DNA of 64,000 nucleotides from Eledone cirrhosa (Eukaryota), in contig OZ024744.1 of NCBI GenBank assembly GCA_964016885.1, positions 9,920,001 through 9,984,000 on the forward strand. Direction: 5' to 3'. The position numbers were made by a program, and so were the translations under genes. This document shows, piece by piece, positions 12,200 to 26,469 of the stretch (the stretch's first letter is position 1; each line of letters begins with the position of its first letter). Below the pieces are notes generated by a model. The model was not told the DNA's origin and did no database searches. It saw only the letters and a program-made list of their open reading frames with translations.

Positions 12200-12720
12200 T
12201 ACCAGTAATACACTGGGTAATTGCTGGCCTTGTGCCAAAAGTAGAGACAATTATTATTATGTGGATTGGCAGTATCGGTAGAGGGTCGGACGCCATGTTT
12301 TTCAGCATAGAGTTACGGCCCTTTATGATCTGAGTTTGAATCCCGCCGAGGTTAACTTTGCCTTTCATCCTTACGGGGTCGATTAAATAAAGTACCAGTA
12401 ACACGCACTGGGGTCGATTTAATCGACTTCCCCTCCCCCAAAATTGCTGGCCTTGTGGCAAAAGTAATTATTTCTACTTTTGGCACAAGGCCAGCAATTA
12501 CCCCCAGTGCATGACTGGTACTTTATTTTATCGACCCTGTAAGGACGTAAGACAAAGTTAACTTCCCACCGAGGTTAGCTTTGCCTTTCATCTTTACAGG
12601 GTCAATAAAATAAAGTACCAGTAATACACTGGGGTCAATTTAATTGACTTTCCCCTCCCCGAAAAAGTTGTTGGCCTTGTGCCTAAATCAAAAACAATTA
12701 TTATTATTTTTATTATTATT
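12200..12720. mobile_element. Cluster of a second tRNA-derived SINE family; other copies at ~7270-7400, 9460-9670, 10290-10455, 21195-21370 and 22500-22685 (-)
   Basis: B box gagtttgaatccc plus conserved gaggttaactttgcctttcatcc...aataaagtaccagt...ctggggtcgat; copies occur in both orientations. Confidence 0.75.
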
Positions 12721-12829
12721 ATCAGTTTTCATATATGCATTACAACGGCTATAGACATATAGCAAAAATTCAGGTTATACATGTTCACACAAACAAATGT
12801 ATATATGAGACAATACACATAAACATATA

Positions 12830-13158
12830 TCTATCTATATATTACTGCATGATGGGAAAATACTTTGAAAGGAAGTGGGAATAAATGGAATAAAAAAAGT
12901 TTCGAGTAAATCGGAGAATGGGTTCCCGAGATATGGGGTTTTCTAGGTACCTTCATAAATAGAAAGAGAGGAGGATAGAGAGAGAGATAGTGGTTGTGAG
13001 AGAGTAGATTGAAAGAGAGAGGGAAAGGAGACAGAGAAGGAGAATGGAAGAGAGAAAGACCTGGTGGTGGTGTTGTGTATATATATGTCTGTGTGTGTGT
13101 GTGTGTATCTATGACCAGTGTATATAGATCACAGACACCCACATATATATATACACAT

Positions 13159-13216
<58 letters not shown>

Positions 13217-13347
13217 GCCTTCCAGTTTCATTTCACATCATATACATGTCTGTATATTTTAATTATTTAAAAATCATTTTTAAGTGAACATGATTTTAAA
13301 AAAATATTTTGAAGTGAACGTGTCCCAACAGGCCACTAGTGGTCTAA
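12830..13347 (+). mobile_element. Non-autonomous Helitron family A, first of a head-to-tail pair
   Basis: TCTATCTATAT start; body matches 7965-8465; ends ggtCTAA and runs straight into the next copy. Confidence 0.75.
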
Positions 13348-13765
13348 TACTAAAACTCTGTGATTGCTTGCTTTCTTGTCTGTAATGTAATACAGCCAAA
13401 AGGGCGCATAATGGGAAAATACTTAGAAAGAAAGTCACCCCAGAAATGGGAATACAAATGGAATAAAACAAGTTTTGCATAAATAGGACCACGGGTTCCC
13501 GAGTTATGGGGTTTTCTGGGTACCTTCATAAACAGAGAGAGAGAAAGAGAGTGGTTGTGAGAGAGAGACATAGAGAGGAGAATGGAAGAGAGAGCTGGTG
13601 GTGATGTTATGTGTATATACATATAAACAATGAGTTATATGGTTTGTTGATTATCATTCAAAAAGTTAATTTTATAATAGATCTGAAGCACTCTACAGTT
13701 TTATCTGGAGTATTATTAATATTAACAGTATTAATAAATGGAAAATATCTTTATAATACCATATT

Positions 13766-13825
13766 TATTTTATTATATGTATTTCAAGGACACAACATTT
13801 TAGTGTGCTTTCATCAGATAAAATA
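13766..13825 (-). ncRNA. Minimal type I hammerhead ribozyme motif (Penelope-like pLTR)
   Basis: Minus strand reads tattttat-CTGATGA-aagcacac..gtgtcctt-GAAA-tacata-TA-ataaaata. Confidence 0.7.
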
Positions 13826-15866
13826 TATTTGGTGTGAAGATATTGACATATCTTAACATAGACTTAATAGTATAAGCTCACTAACGGCAGTGAGGTAAAC
13901 ATTAAAAAACACAGGGGTTAACAAGGATACATTAAAACAGAAAAGAACAGTTATTGTAGACGCTAGAAAATTTTGAAAAATAGCATGTTTATATTGGTTG
14001 TGTGGCTGTCGTTAGAGGGTGAAATATTAGTGTAGAGTTATGCATATATATATATATATACACACACGCACACATATATATATATACATAGATATATACA
14101 TGAGCGTAGGAGAAACATGTAACTATAGATATATATGTTTTAACATATATTTTAAGAATGTGAATCTAATTATATTGGTTATATAAAAAAATTGTAATGT
14201 AGTTTAGTAAATTATAATCTACAAATGTATATGGTTAATTATAATAATTATGTGAGTAAATATATAAATTTATTTGTTTAATATGTAAACAAACTATGGG
14301 GAATAACTCTAAATTATATAAGGTTACAAGTATTGCTTTCAAGGTATGTTTTCGATAAACATTGAATAAGATATGCTTTGATCTATTAGGTTCTATAATT
14401 ATTATTATATTATTTATATTGTAAATAAACAACTTAGATAAGATTTTCAGAGCATGATCTAAATGGTTAAGTGGTTAAAGAACATTTATAGAGATTATGA
14501 AAGGTCTTGGAAAATTTATGCAAACAAGAATTAAATATCTCTTTCTTTTTGTTAATTATATTACTAGGATTAGTAATTATATGAAAGGTTTCTTCTGTAC
14601 AAAGATGACAAATTTTGGAAATTGAAGAATTTTGGTATACGGGAGCGTTTCTGATTTTATTCCAAGAGATTGAATACTTAGTGTTATTGTCTTTTAAAGA
14701 CCAAATTAGTTGTGACAGTGAAGTTGAGAATTTCTTATCAGAGCGTTTAAAAGTATGTTTGTGATTATACCAGTGCTCTTTAAATTTTGATGAAGTGGCC
14801 CCTATATAATTATACAGTTTATCTTTAGTTTTAATTGTGCATTTAAATACTAAATTACCATCTAAGCAATTATTCTCTAGCGGGCAAGAGATATTATTCC
14901 TGCAATTTCATTTTCTTATATTGTTATTTGAAGATGCGGTATCATTATTAAGGTATACATTATTGTTATTATAGCTAATGTTATTAATTATATTATTATT
15001 GCTATTTTGGTTTATTTTTAGATTTCTATTATTAATATTTGCCATATTCTGGGCTAGATTCATAGTATTTGTGTGGTATTTGTGGGACTTAGGAAAACAT
15101 TTATCTAGAGCTCTAAAGAATTGGTGTGCTAAAGCTGTCTTAATTCCTAAAGATATTGGGAGTGAATACCAAATTATAGAACGGGTTCTGGCTTTCTTAT
15201 ATGGTTTATTATTTTCGTTAGGTGGTTTATTTTCGTTATTTTTATAATATACAGGTGGGTTTTTATTATTCCTATTTATGTAATTAATTTCATTAGTATC
15301 CGGCTCTGTGTAAAGCGTCGTTATAGTATTCAGCTTTGTTATCAAATATATTTTTATTAGCTGAGAGTCATGATATTCTTTGTTGGACACTATTGACTAT
15401 AGCTTTCTTAACGTTTCTAGGGTGGTTTGAGTAGAAGCTAACATAGTTTAGGTTTTCATTAATCTTATGGAATGGGTAATATAGGCCTGAGTTAAGGTTT
15501 AGTGTAACATCTAAGAAATTAACAATTTTATTATTGTTTTCTATTTCTAATTTAAGGTCATAATTATTAAAGAGGTCTATAATAATTTTCTTTTTTCTGT
15601 TAAGTTCACTATTGTTATGATTATCTACTATGAATAATGTATCGTCACGGTACAAACCTCCGGCAATTTCCTATATAACGAGTTAAGAATGAAGATGCCA
15701 ACGAGGTCTGTAACCTGAGCTGAGTCCGAAGAACCCATACTAATATCAAAATTCTTCGGTCTATCAGCTCTTAAACTCTTAAATCGCTGTTAAACTCTAT
15801 AAGGGTTTTTCTTGCTGTTAATATGATGTTTATTTCATCACTTGATAAATCAGTATGTTTGGATGC

Positions 15867-15927
15867 GTCTAACCCATGCTAGCATGGAAGGTGGATGTTA
15901 AACGAAGATGATGACGATGATGATGAT
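15867..15927 (+). mobile_element. ~60-bp RTE 3'-tail insertion in the Penelope-like RT
   Basis: gtctaacccatgctagcatggaaggtggatgttaaacg(ATG)n matches the RTE terminus at 29483-29535. Confidence 0.75.
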
Positions 15928-16613
15928 ATTAGTGCTTTGTTAAGTAAATTAGGAGTTATTGAAGAATAATAATTAGCTATATCCATTTGTATGAATTTTG
16001 TATTATCTTTATATTTAATATTTACAAACCAGCCTATTACTTCATTTGTACCATTCCAGAGCTTGAGATGTGATTTTTCTTTGAGTATTGGTATAATTTT
16101 GTCCAGTATAATTTTACTAATAATTCCTAGATCAGATTTAGAAGGTGCTAAAAGCCTGATTGGTAGGTCAGCTTCAAAATTTCTTTTATGATCTGTCATG
16201 TTTATTTTCGGTTGTCTTGGTATGAAGAGTTCAGTCCTACGCTCAATTCCTAATTTAGTGATAATTTTAAAAGCTTCGTTATTTATAGGTTTTTTTATAA
16301 TTTTTTCTAAGTTCTTTAAGTATTAAATTGTTGTACTCTTCTTTTTCAATTCCGTATAAGCTGTTTGTTTTGTCGGATTTAACAAGGATTTTAGTTATTT
16401 CCCTTATATTATCAATTTTACATTTGAGGCCTTTAAGGTATTCCTGGCCTCTGTAGGTTTTTTTTTTAATTTCATACCCTGTATTATATTTATTAATTCA
16501 TTTTCAAACTTGTTAACTTATATCCCTTGTGTTTTTGAATGTTTACCTCACTACCGTTAGCGAGCTTATACTATTAAGTCTATAGTATGTCAATATCTTC
16601 ACACCAAATATTA

Positions 16614-16673
16614 TATTTTATCTGATGAAAGCACACTAAAATGTTGTGTCCTTGAAATACATATAATAAAATA
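16614..16673 (+). ncRNA. Minimal hammerhead ribozyme motif (inverted pLTR copy)
   Basis: tattttat CTGATGA (16622) stem II GAAA (16654) tacata TA ataaaata. Confidence 0.7.
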
Positions 16674-16716
16674 AATATGGTATTATAAAGATATTTTCCA
16701 TTTATTAATATTGTTA

Positions 16717-16748
<32 letters not shown>

Positions 16749-17122
16749 ATGGCCAGTGTATATAGATCACAGACACCTACATATATATATATATACACAC
16801 ATACATACATATATCTATATGTATATGTATACACATACACATTTATATATGTACATACACATATATACATATATATAGGCCTTCCAGTTTCATTTCACAT
16901 TATATACATGTCTGTGTATATTTTAATTATTTAAAAATTATTTCTAGGTGAACATGATCCAACAGGTCACGGGTGGTCTAGGATATATACATATAAATAT
17001 ACATGTACTTACACACACACATATAAATATACATGTACTTACACACACACATATAAATATACATGTACTTACACACACACATAATAAATATACATGTACT
17101 TACACACACACATTTATATTCA

Positions 17123-17168
<46 letters not shown>

Positions 17169-17169
<1 letters not shown>

Positions 17170-17458
17170 CGAAGGAGTTGTGGTAAGGAACTAGATGGAC
17201 CATAACGCACCAGAGTACTCAATACTTAGGGTAGTAGAGTGGGAAATAGGAAAAAGTATGACCCCGACGGCAGAGCTCAAGCCGTTTCGACGGCTATTTC
17301 TGGACTAAAGTAAGATTTTTTTTAGTCCAATCCTCTTGACAACTACAATCTTCCCATATAAGGAAGTACCCCTTGAAAAGTTCGGCTATTTATTTACCAG
17401 ACTAAAAAAACTCTTACTTTAGTCCAGAAATAGCCATCGAGGTCATACTTTTTCCTAT
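17169..17458 (-). mobile_element. Hairpin-plus-tail insert in (TA)n
   Basis: Inverted arms 17246-17328 and 17400-17458; left tail reads cactctact..tattGAGTACT on the minus strand. Confidence 0.6.
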
Positions 17459-18287
17459 ATATATATATCTTATACACACACATACGGAATATCATTTGTA
17501 AGCAAGAGTTTTGTTTTGTCTTATTGTGGACTGATTATTGTCACCACAACAACATAAGAACTGTATGTATATCTTAGATCTATTGTCTAGTTTCCATAAT
17601 GCATAAACATATACATCCATACATGTATATGTTACTGTAAGTATGTATATGATGTATATCTGCATATATATGTATGTGTGCGCTCATTATTTTTCGTTCT
17701 AGGAGATTATATGGTCTGTTGTTATTAGACTATTTTTTTGAAGTCACAAATATAGTGAAGTTGCTAATTCAATTCAATTTTCAAATTCTGATGCCGGCTT
17801 TTAATCACATGATGTTTACACATGCACACATCACCCACACACACAGACAGAAGTAGTTCCACAACAGTTAGTTTACCATACCGAGAACAAATGTTTCACC
17901 TTATGTGCATCTTCAGTTCAGTCTGAGTGAGTTGTTTGGAAAAGGAAAACAACTGTATGAATACGCAAGTGCAGAAAAGATCACTTCTCCTAGGCGTTGG
18001 AATCCTACGGCGTAAGGGAGATAACTGCTAATGTCCGGAATAAAATGTTCGAGTTGATTAGAATGTTAAAGTTATTCAATCTGGAGCTTTGTAATTATGC
18101 AAGAGGTATTTCCAGACGTGTGAACAACATGAAAAGAGCTCATTTCTTGAGTTTAGGCAATCGTTATTGTGTTTTTCAAGTCCACACATCTGAAAATACC
18201 TCCTATATATATAGTATAATATATATAGTATAATATCTATAATATAATATATATATAATATATGTATATATAATATATATATATATA

Positions 18288-18776
18288 CTAGCAGAAAAAC
18301 CACCCTTCGGGTGGTTTTCTGCTAGCATGGGTAGTGTGTATATTGATATTATACACAAGTATATATGCATGTAGATATGATACATCAAATAAAATCATAA
18401 TTGACAATATATAATACACAGAAATTGAACGAAGACTGTGTTACACTGTCTTATGTAATCTGTAACGTAATCCATGATACATTAAAAAAGACGATATTAT
18501 ATATAAACTGCATTAGGAGAAAATTAGTGACAGAAATATATGAATATTTATTTAAACGACCACTAACCAGAAGTGTTGACATTTGAAAATTTTAAAGAAA
18601 TGAATCTTTAAATAAGTAATAAAATATATTTAATGAACAGCCACAAAATTTAGTAGATAAATTATGTAATATTCATTCATTATTTATTCAAAGTAATCCA
18701 ACTTATTTTACTAAGGGGATAAAAAAAATGATAAACCGTATGTAGTCCCACACTTCTTACTTTATTATAGTTTAGA
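18288..18776 (-). mobile_element. Non-autonomous Helitron family B, complete
   Basis: Minus strand reads A|TCTAAACTATAATAAA ... hairpin ... CTAG|T. Confidence 0.75.
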
Positions 18777-19009
18777 TATTTATATATATAATGTACATAT
18801 AATATAAATATATATATATAGCATTATGTAAGGTTTTATTCGTTTTCTATCATAAATTGTGTAAAGAAAAATGTTTGTTTGTCTGAGAAGTTTGTTTATG
18901 AAGCTGGATACCTACTTCCTACTATTGAATACCTAAGCATTATTTGAACTCATTGTCAGTTCATTTAACTATGGCAAGTAGAATATATATCTTCTTCTTT
19001 GCTTACTTA

Positions 19010-19480
19010 TTTGTGGGAGGGTCATGGAGGCAGAGTCCTCTGACACTCCTTACCGAATGTCCTGTCTAAAGCAAACATATCCAATTGATCTGGTGTGTCC
19101 TCTTGCCTGGGATCTTCTCCTGGCTCTCCTGCTGGTTAGTTGTGCCTGTAAAATCTGTCCAGCAATTCTTTCCTGAGACATTCTAACCACATGTCCATGG
19201 TATCAGAGCACTAATCGCTCTCAGTTCGGAGAAGTAGCAGGTCTAACTGGAGTGACTTTTTGATCTCTGAGTTACAGTTTCTATTGAGTAATGTTGCTCC
19301 AAAGATCCTTCGGAGGAGCCCCATTTTGGCCACTTGTTTATACGATTATATTCTTTCAGTTATTACCCAAGATTCATGAATATAGGTAAGGATTGGCATG
19401 AATACCGAATTGAAGATAGTGAGTTTGACTTTTACACCTACCTCCCTCTTCAGAAATGTACATCCTCACAAGATGGAGAG
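19010..19480 (-). mobile_element. Old LINE 3' remnant
   Basis: Minus strand contains HGHVVRMSQERIAGQ-like residues and an LLRRIFG motif; heavily decayed. Confidence 0.45.
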
Positions 19481-21399
19481 AATACTTTGCTGATCTCCAA
19501 AAATCCAGTCACAACATCTTAGAGATTGCCAACTTCTCAATGGCGTCACCAGAGCAATGAAGGAGCTCAAATGTAGCATATATGCTAGCGTAGAATATGG
19601 ACGTTAAACGATAATGATAATGATGATGTATTTATATTTGTTTATATAGTCATTTATTTGTATCTGATATTTCATTCCACTATATTTTCATATTTTTTGC
19701 ATATTGCCTTTATGAATGGGCAATAAATAGGCAACTCAGAGTAGCGAGTCAAGCTTTAAATAAATGAATATCTAAAGATCAAAAGATAATTTTAATGCTT
19801 CTGGGAGGGAAAAAATCTTAATGATCTTGAAGGGAAACAACTGATGTAAGAGTTTGTTAAGGGAAATATCTCAGATGAAATTGGAAATGTTGTTTCCGTT
19901 AAAGCCAAGCGACCTAAAATATAAAATTACTTAATTAAATCAGTTAGAATATAGATATAATAAATAATGAAATATACATTAATGATAATGATATTTTTAA
20001 TTAAATCTCTTTTAAAAAAAATTTTCTACCAACATTATCCAGGCTTGAAAGAACAATATTCACAAAATATATTTGGTAAAATATATTGGCCATGGAATTA
20101 CTCAGTTGTCAAAGAATAGGTTGGGGAACCTATGGAGCCATAGAGAAAGATCTTCAATATGTAACAAATGTGGGAAAAAATTTTAAACGTAAAAAATGCA
20201 GGAAAAACCATATCCCAGATTCTGCAACTATCTAAACTGGTCAATGTGGTAGTGACTAGTATTTTAAAAGAAATGTGTTATTGTACATGCATCTGTTGAA
20301 AGTCTCAGTTTAAGCATTTAAAAAACCGTCAGCCATGTCATCTTTTAGGATTAGCTTCTTCTCAACAATTCAGAGGACACATTCCCCACTGCCAGCTATG
20401 TAAGGCTTACATGTCAATCATCTTCCAGTTGATATTGTAATTTACAGGCTTCTTGTTTAAAGTCTAGACATAAAAGTTAATTTATATTCAGTTTGTCCGA
20501 CAACTAAAGGAGGTCATGTGGTTATAAAGTCTTTTCTTGAACAACTCTTTTGTCATGCCAATATATTTAACTCTATTTTCAAATATTAAGTTTATTAGGT
20601 ATATAAATATGTGTGCATATGTTTCACATGAGAGGAAATATTACTCAATAATTATCACATTCAGCTGTTACTTTTCTGTGTCACTACAATAGTTTCATGG
20701 ATTGTGTGGTTCCTCAGGCTATGTTATTTAAATTAACATGAACATTTAAGTAGCAACACACTGTGAAGTCCATGAGCTTACATTATATATATATAATGCC
20801 CAGAAAATAATTTATTTTATTACAAAATTCTGATAAAGTCTTTAGGGATAAATAAAAAAAAATGTTTTATTTAATTGTTTGAATTAGCAGATATCTATTT
20901 TGATTTCGTTTGTTTCTTTTGTTCTTTAATTTAGTTCTTGGATTTTTAAATATATCAAAATTTTTTTTCAATAATTTCACTCACAAACAAAATCTATATG
21001 AAGGTGTATGTCCATGTTTCTATATACGTTTGTCTGAATATTCATAGATTATTTTAATTCTTACAATAATTATATTTTATAGGTTTTGTAATTACGTTAT
21101 AGATTGTATAGAAAAATTTCTTTTTAAATTTACTATATTTTTGATTTTTCCAATATGGATATTTTTTTCTTTTCATGTTTTTTTTAAATTATTTGGCAGA
21201 ATTATTAGAATGTCAGCCTTGCACTATTTCTGGCTTTTTAAACTCTGATTTTTAGATATCACTGAGGTCAACTTTGCCTTTCATCTTTCTAAGAATGGGG
21301 TAATATAATCAACTTTCTGTTGGTCCTTAAAATTGCTAACCTTGTTCCTAAATTAAAAACTATTATTATTAATAAATAAATAAATAACCAATAAAATGT

Positions 21400-22490
21400 A
21401 AATTATTATCATTATTATTGTGAGTCTCTTGTTTTCATCTATCACTGGGTCCAAGCCATTGTCCTCAAACTATATATGATGTTACTTTGAGTAGACATAG
21501 TGTTCCTATAAGGGTTGTTTCCTGGGATTTTGTTGGTGAATTTTCCCTGTCCTTTTTTTTTTTTATTAACCTAGATTCATTACTGGTATAGGTCGGGTAG
21601 TCTTATTCCATATTCTGGAGATCTCAAGGTCTTTATATTTCGACAGATCGTCCGGGAACTGACGTGTTATAATCTGCTGCTATTGAAGTTTTAATCAGCA
21701 TACAGGTTTTATCCTTTGGCGTTTTTAATTATGATGTCTGGCCTGTTTGCATTGACTTCCCTATCTGTCTGCACTGGCGTGTTTCATAGGATGGTTACAT
21801 TATCATTCTTGGCAACTGTTTATGGTTTGCTTTCATTCCAATTTTCAGAGACTTTGATGTTGCATTCCCTGCAGATTTCCAGTATAAGCATACTGATGTC
21901 TTTCTGTGGCAGTGAATATTAGGCAGCCAGAGATAATGTGATCAAGTGTTCCACATATCCTACACATTTTGATGATGTGATGATGTGACATAGTTCTAAG
22001 ACTCTGGTCTTGGCCAGTGATGATAAAACACTGTTTTTTGCTTTGAGTTCAATAACATTGAGTGATTGATATTTCTGTTGTTGGACAACATCTGCTTCTT
22101 TAAGCTTTGCCTATAATTTTCCTTATTTGTTGGTGTCATTATTGTTTTGCCTCTTGTTTTATATAGGCAAAAGTTGTAGCCTTGTTTTCATTTTGTGTTA
22201 ATTTGGGATTATTCAGTTCTTGTAAAAATGTTCTCAATTCTTTCCTGGTTGAATGCAGTTTCTTTCTACATATGCATTGTTTGGAAATTTTGAGAAGGGG
22301 TATTGTGCTATTGAGAGATGGTAGTGGTTTTTGTCCCCAGGATCATCCCAAGTGTAGCAAAGGTGGTATTCCATAGAGGACTGTTTGCTTCAGTCTACCA
22401 GGCTGACAACAGATGGCAACAGTATTGCATGATTCTGTAGCAGGAAGAGGGCAACCAGCGATAAAACCAATCTTTATGTTGAAATCTATT
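21400..22490 (-). mobile_element. Decayed Dong/R4-like non-LTR element with restriction-like endonuclease
   Basis: Minus strand: TLDHIISGC knuckle remnant, VQTDREVNANRPDIIIK, KYKDLEISRIWNKTTRPIP; (TAA)-rich 3' flank. Confidence 0.7.
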
Positions 22491-23179
22491 ATCCAATTCT
22501 TAATAATTGTTTCTACTTTAGGCACAAGGCCAGCAATTACCCAGTGCATTACTGGTACTTTATTTTATCGACCCCATAAGGATGAAAGGCAAAGTCAACC
22601 TCGGCGGGATTTGAACTCAGATCGTAAAGGGACGTAACTATGTTGGAAAGCATGGCATCCGACCCTCTACTGATACTGCCAATAATGAAACTTAAACATG
22701 CTTCATATATATATATATATACACACACATATATATATGTGTGTGTATTTATTTATATGTATGTATCATCATCATTTAATATCTATTTACGTGATGATGA
22801 TACAAATATATATTTATATATCACTATATTCAAAACAAAAGCAGCATATGTTAGACAAGTTTTCACAGGAATATATATATATATATATGTATATACACAC
22901 ATATAGGTTTTTCTATTTGTGTGTATTCTGGTGTATTCATATGTGAGCATTTTAGTCTGATATTTAGTCATTCGATAAAATAACCCAATATACCAATACA
23001 CACACACATTTATATATACAGTGGGCTTTCATAGTTTCCATCTGCCAAATTGTACATCGTCTATCTGAAATCTACAGTAGAAGACAGTTGCTGAAGATGT
23101 CAGGCAGTGGGACTGAACTCACATTAGCATGGTTGCAAAGTGAATTTCTTAACAACATATCTATGCTAATACACACACA

Positions 23180-23466
23180 TGCGCACACACACATATATAT
23201 GTGAATGTGAGTGCATGTGGATATATATGTTTGTTTATATGTTTATGCATGTATATATATATATATATTATATATATATGTGTGTGTGTATATATGTATA
23301 TATCTACATATATATATATGTGTGTGTGTGTATATATATATGTATGTATGTATATATATATGTGTATATGTGTGTATATATGTATATATCTACATATATA
23401 TATATGTGTGTGTGTGTGTATATATATATATATGTATGTATGTATATATATATGTGTATATGTATG

Positions 23467-23503
<37 letters not shown>

Positions 23504-23622
23504 GCATGTATATATATATGTATGTATATATATATATATATGTATGTATATATATATATATGTATGTATATATATATATATGTATGTATATATATATGTA
23601 TGTATATATATATATATGTATG

Positions 23623-23677
<55 letters not shown>

Positions 23678-23743
23678 GTATATATATATGTATATATATA
23701 TATGTATGTATGTATATGTATGTATATGTATGTATATATGTAT

Positions 23744-23784
<41 letters not shown>

Positions 23785-23962
23785 TATGTATGTATATATA
23801 TATATGTATATATATATATGTATATATGTATATATATATATGTATATATATATATGTATATATATATATGTATATATATATATGTATATATATATATGTA
23901 TATATATATATGTATATATGTATATATATATATGTATATATATATATGTATATATATATATG

Positions 23963-24011
<49 letters not shown>

Positions 24012-24012
24012 G

Positions 24013-24061
<49 letters not shown>

Positions 24062-24075
24062 GTATATATATATGT
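23180..24075. repeat. (TA)n/(TATG)n compound microsatellite
   Basis: Seen directly; the overlapping Y/I/M/C ORFs are artefacts of the repeat. Confidence 0.97.
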
Positions 24076-24327
24076 AGGAGGTGAGTTTTATTGTAGTACA
24101 ATAAAGCAATGCAGATATCGGATAAGAAGCACTCTACAGTTTGTAGGACTGGAGTATGCATAATATAATGTTGATTTAAAACTGCACTATCCACAAGTGT
24201 TTTTTAGCCTTCATATCATGTTCTCCTGTTTTATCTGATGAAAACACAAATATTATTGCATGATGATGTTTGTTTTTGAAATGCGCATAATAAAATATAT
24301 GGAACTCCTTTAACCATCTTTTGATCT
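24076..24327 (-). mobile_element. Short Penelope-like terminal remnant (tail plus inverted hammerhead arm)
   Basis: aagcactctacagttt shared with 13686-13701; hammerhead motif on + at 24229-24295. Confidence 0.65.
24229..24295 (+). ncRNA. Minimal hammerhead ribozyme motif
   Basis: ttttat CTGATGA aaacac..gtttttt GAAA tgcgca TA ataaaa; stem III is palindromic (ATGCGCAT). Confidence 0.7.
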
Positions 24328-24489
24328 TATATATGTATATATATATGTATATATATGTATATATATATATGTATATATATATATGTATGTATATATATAT
24401 ATGTATATGTATATATGTATATATATATATGTATGTATATATATATATGTATGTATATATATATATGTATGTATATATATATATGTATG

Positions 24490-24538
<49 letters not shown>

Positions 24539-25311
24539 ATATATATATGTATATATATATATATGTATGTATATGTATGTATATATATATATGTATATAT
24601 ATATATATGTATGTATATGTATGTATATATATATATGTATATATATATATATGTATGTATATGTATGTATGTATATATATATATGTATGTATATGTATAT
24701 GTATGTATATATATATGTATGTATATGTATGTATATATATATGTATGTATATATATATGTATGTATATGTATGTATATATATATGTATGTATATATATAT
24801 GTATGTATATGTATGTATATATATATATGTATGTATATATATATATGTATGTATATGTATGTATATGTATGTATATATATATATGTATGTATATATATAT
24901 GTATGTATATATATATATATATGTATGTATATATATATGTATGTATATATATATATATGTATGTATATATATATATATGTATGTATATATATATATATAT
25001 ATATGTATGTATATATATATATATATATGTATGTATATATATATATATGTATGTATATATATATATATGTATGTATATATATATATATGTATGTATATAT
25101 ATATGTATGTATATATATATATATGTATGTATATATATATATATGTATGTATATATATATATATGTATGTATATATATATATATGTATGTATGTATATAT
25201 ATATGTATATATATATGTATGTATATATATATATGTATGTATATATATATATGTATGTATATATATATATGTATGTATATATATATATGTATGTATATAT
25301 ATATATGTATG

Positions 25312-25343
<32 letters not shown>

Positions 25344-25475
25344 TGTATGTATATGTATGTATATGTATGTATGTATATATATATATATGTATGTATATGT
25401 ATGTATGTTTATATATATATATGTATGTATATGTATGTATGTATATATATATATATGTATGTATATGTATGTATG

Positions 25476-25506
<31 letters not shown>

Positions 25507-25918
25507 GTATATATATATATATGTATGTATATGTATGTATGTATATATATATATGTATGTATATGTATGTATGTATATATATATATGTATGTATGTATAT
25601 ATATATATGTATGTATATATATATATGTATGTATATGTATGTATGTATATATATATGTATGTATATGTATGTATGTATATATATATATATGTATGTATGT
25701 ATATATATATATGTATGTATATGTATGTATGTATATATATATATGTATGTATGTATATATATATATGTATGTATGTATGTATATATATATATGTATGTAT
25801 GTATATATGTATATGTATGTATATATATATATGTATGTATATGTATGTATGTATATATATATATATGTATATGTATGTATGTATATATATATATATGTAT
25901 GTATATGTATGTATGTAT

Positions 25919-25952
<34 letters not shown>

Positions 25953-26008
25953 GTATATATATGTATGTATGTATATATATATATATGTATGTATATGTAT
26001 GTATGTAT

Positions 26009-26042
<34 letters not shown>

Positions 26043-26062
26043 GTATATATATGTATGTATGT

Positions 26063-26096
<34 letters not shown>

Positions 26097-26098
26097 GT

Positions 26099-26132
<34 letters not shown>

Positions 26133-26134
26133 GT

Positions 26135-26168
<34 letters not shown>

Positions 26169-26183
26169 GTATATATATGTATG

Positions 26184-26217
<34 letters not shown>

Positions 26218-26302
26218 TATATATATGTGTATGTATATATATGTATGTATATGTATGTATGTATATATATGTATGTATATATACATATGTATGTATATAT
26301 AT
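24328..26302. repeat. ~2 kb (TA)n/(TATG)n microsatellite
   Basis: Seen directly. Confidence 0.97.
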
Positions 26303-26400
26303 CTTGGGAATTTTACCTGTCCTAAATAGATATGTATATATATATACGTATATAATATTATTCAGAATATTAATAAATGAAGACATTCACATAATAAAAA

Positions 26401-26469
26401 TATGTTTTACAATATATATTTCGAAGGTACTGTGTTGCTTTTTCAGTATGTCCTCATCAGATAAAATAT
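26401..26469 (-). ncRNA. Minimal hammerhead ribozyme motif
   Basis: Minus strand reads atattttat CTGATGA ggacatactg..cagtaccttc GAAA tatata TT gtaaaac. Confidence 0.6.

Larger units (their letters stand above)
13626..16720 (-). mobile_element. Penelope-like retroelement (Naiad-type RT plus GIY-YIG), decayed, with an inverted terminal repeat
   Basis: RT fragments DHKRNF..IRLLAPSKSDLGIISK, MDIANYYSSI, MGSSDSAQ, GLYRDD, NFLDVTL, YSNHP; endonuclease NCR..CPLENNC..NLVFKC..YIGAT..CHLC..E at 14907-14467; inverted repeat ~13718-13917 / 16524-16720. Confidence 0.85.
13348..16981 (+). mobile_element. Helitron family A copy split by a Penelope-like insertion (5' half 13348-13625, 3' half ~16720-16981)
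   Basis: 5' half matches 7974-8240; 3' half matches 8240-8465 and ends ggtcacgggtggtCTAG. Confidence 0.75.
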
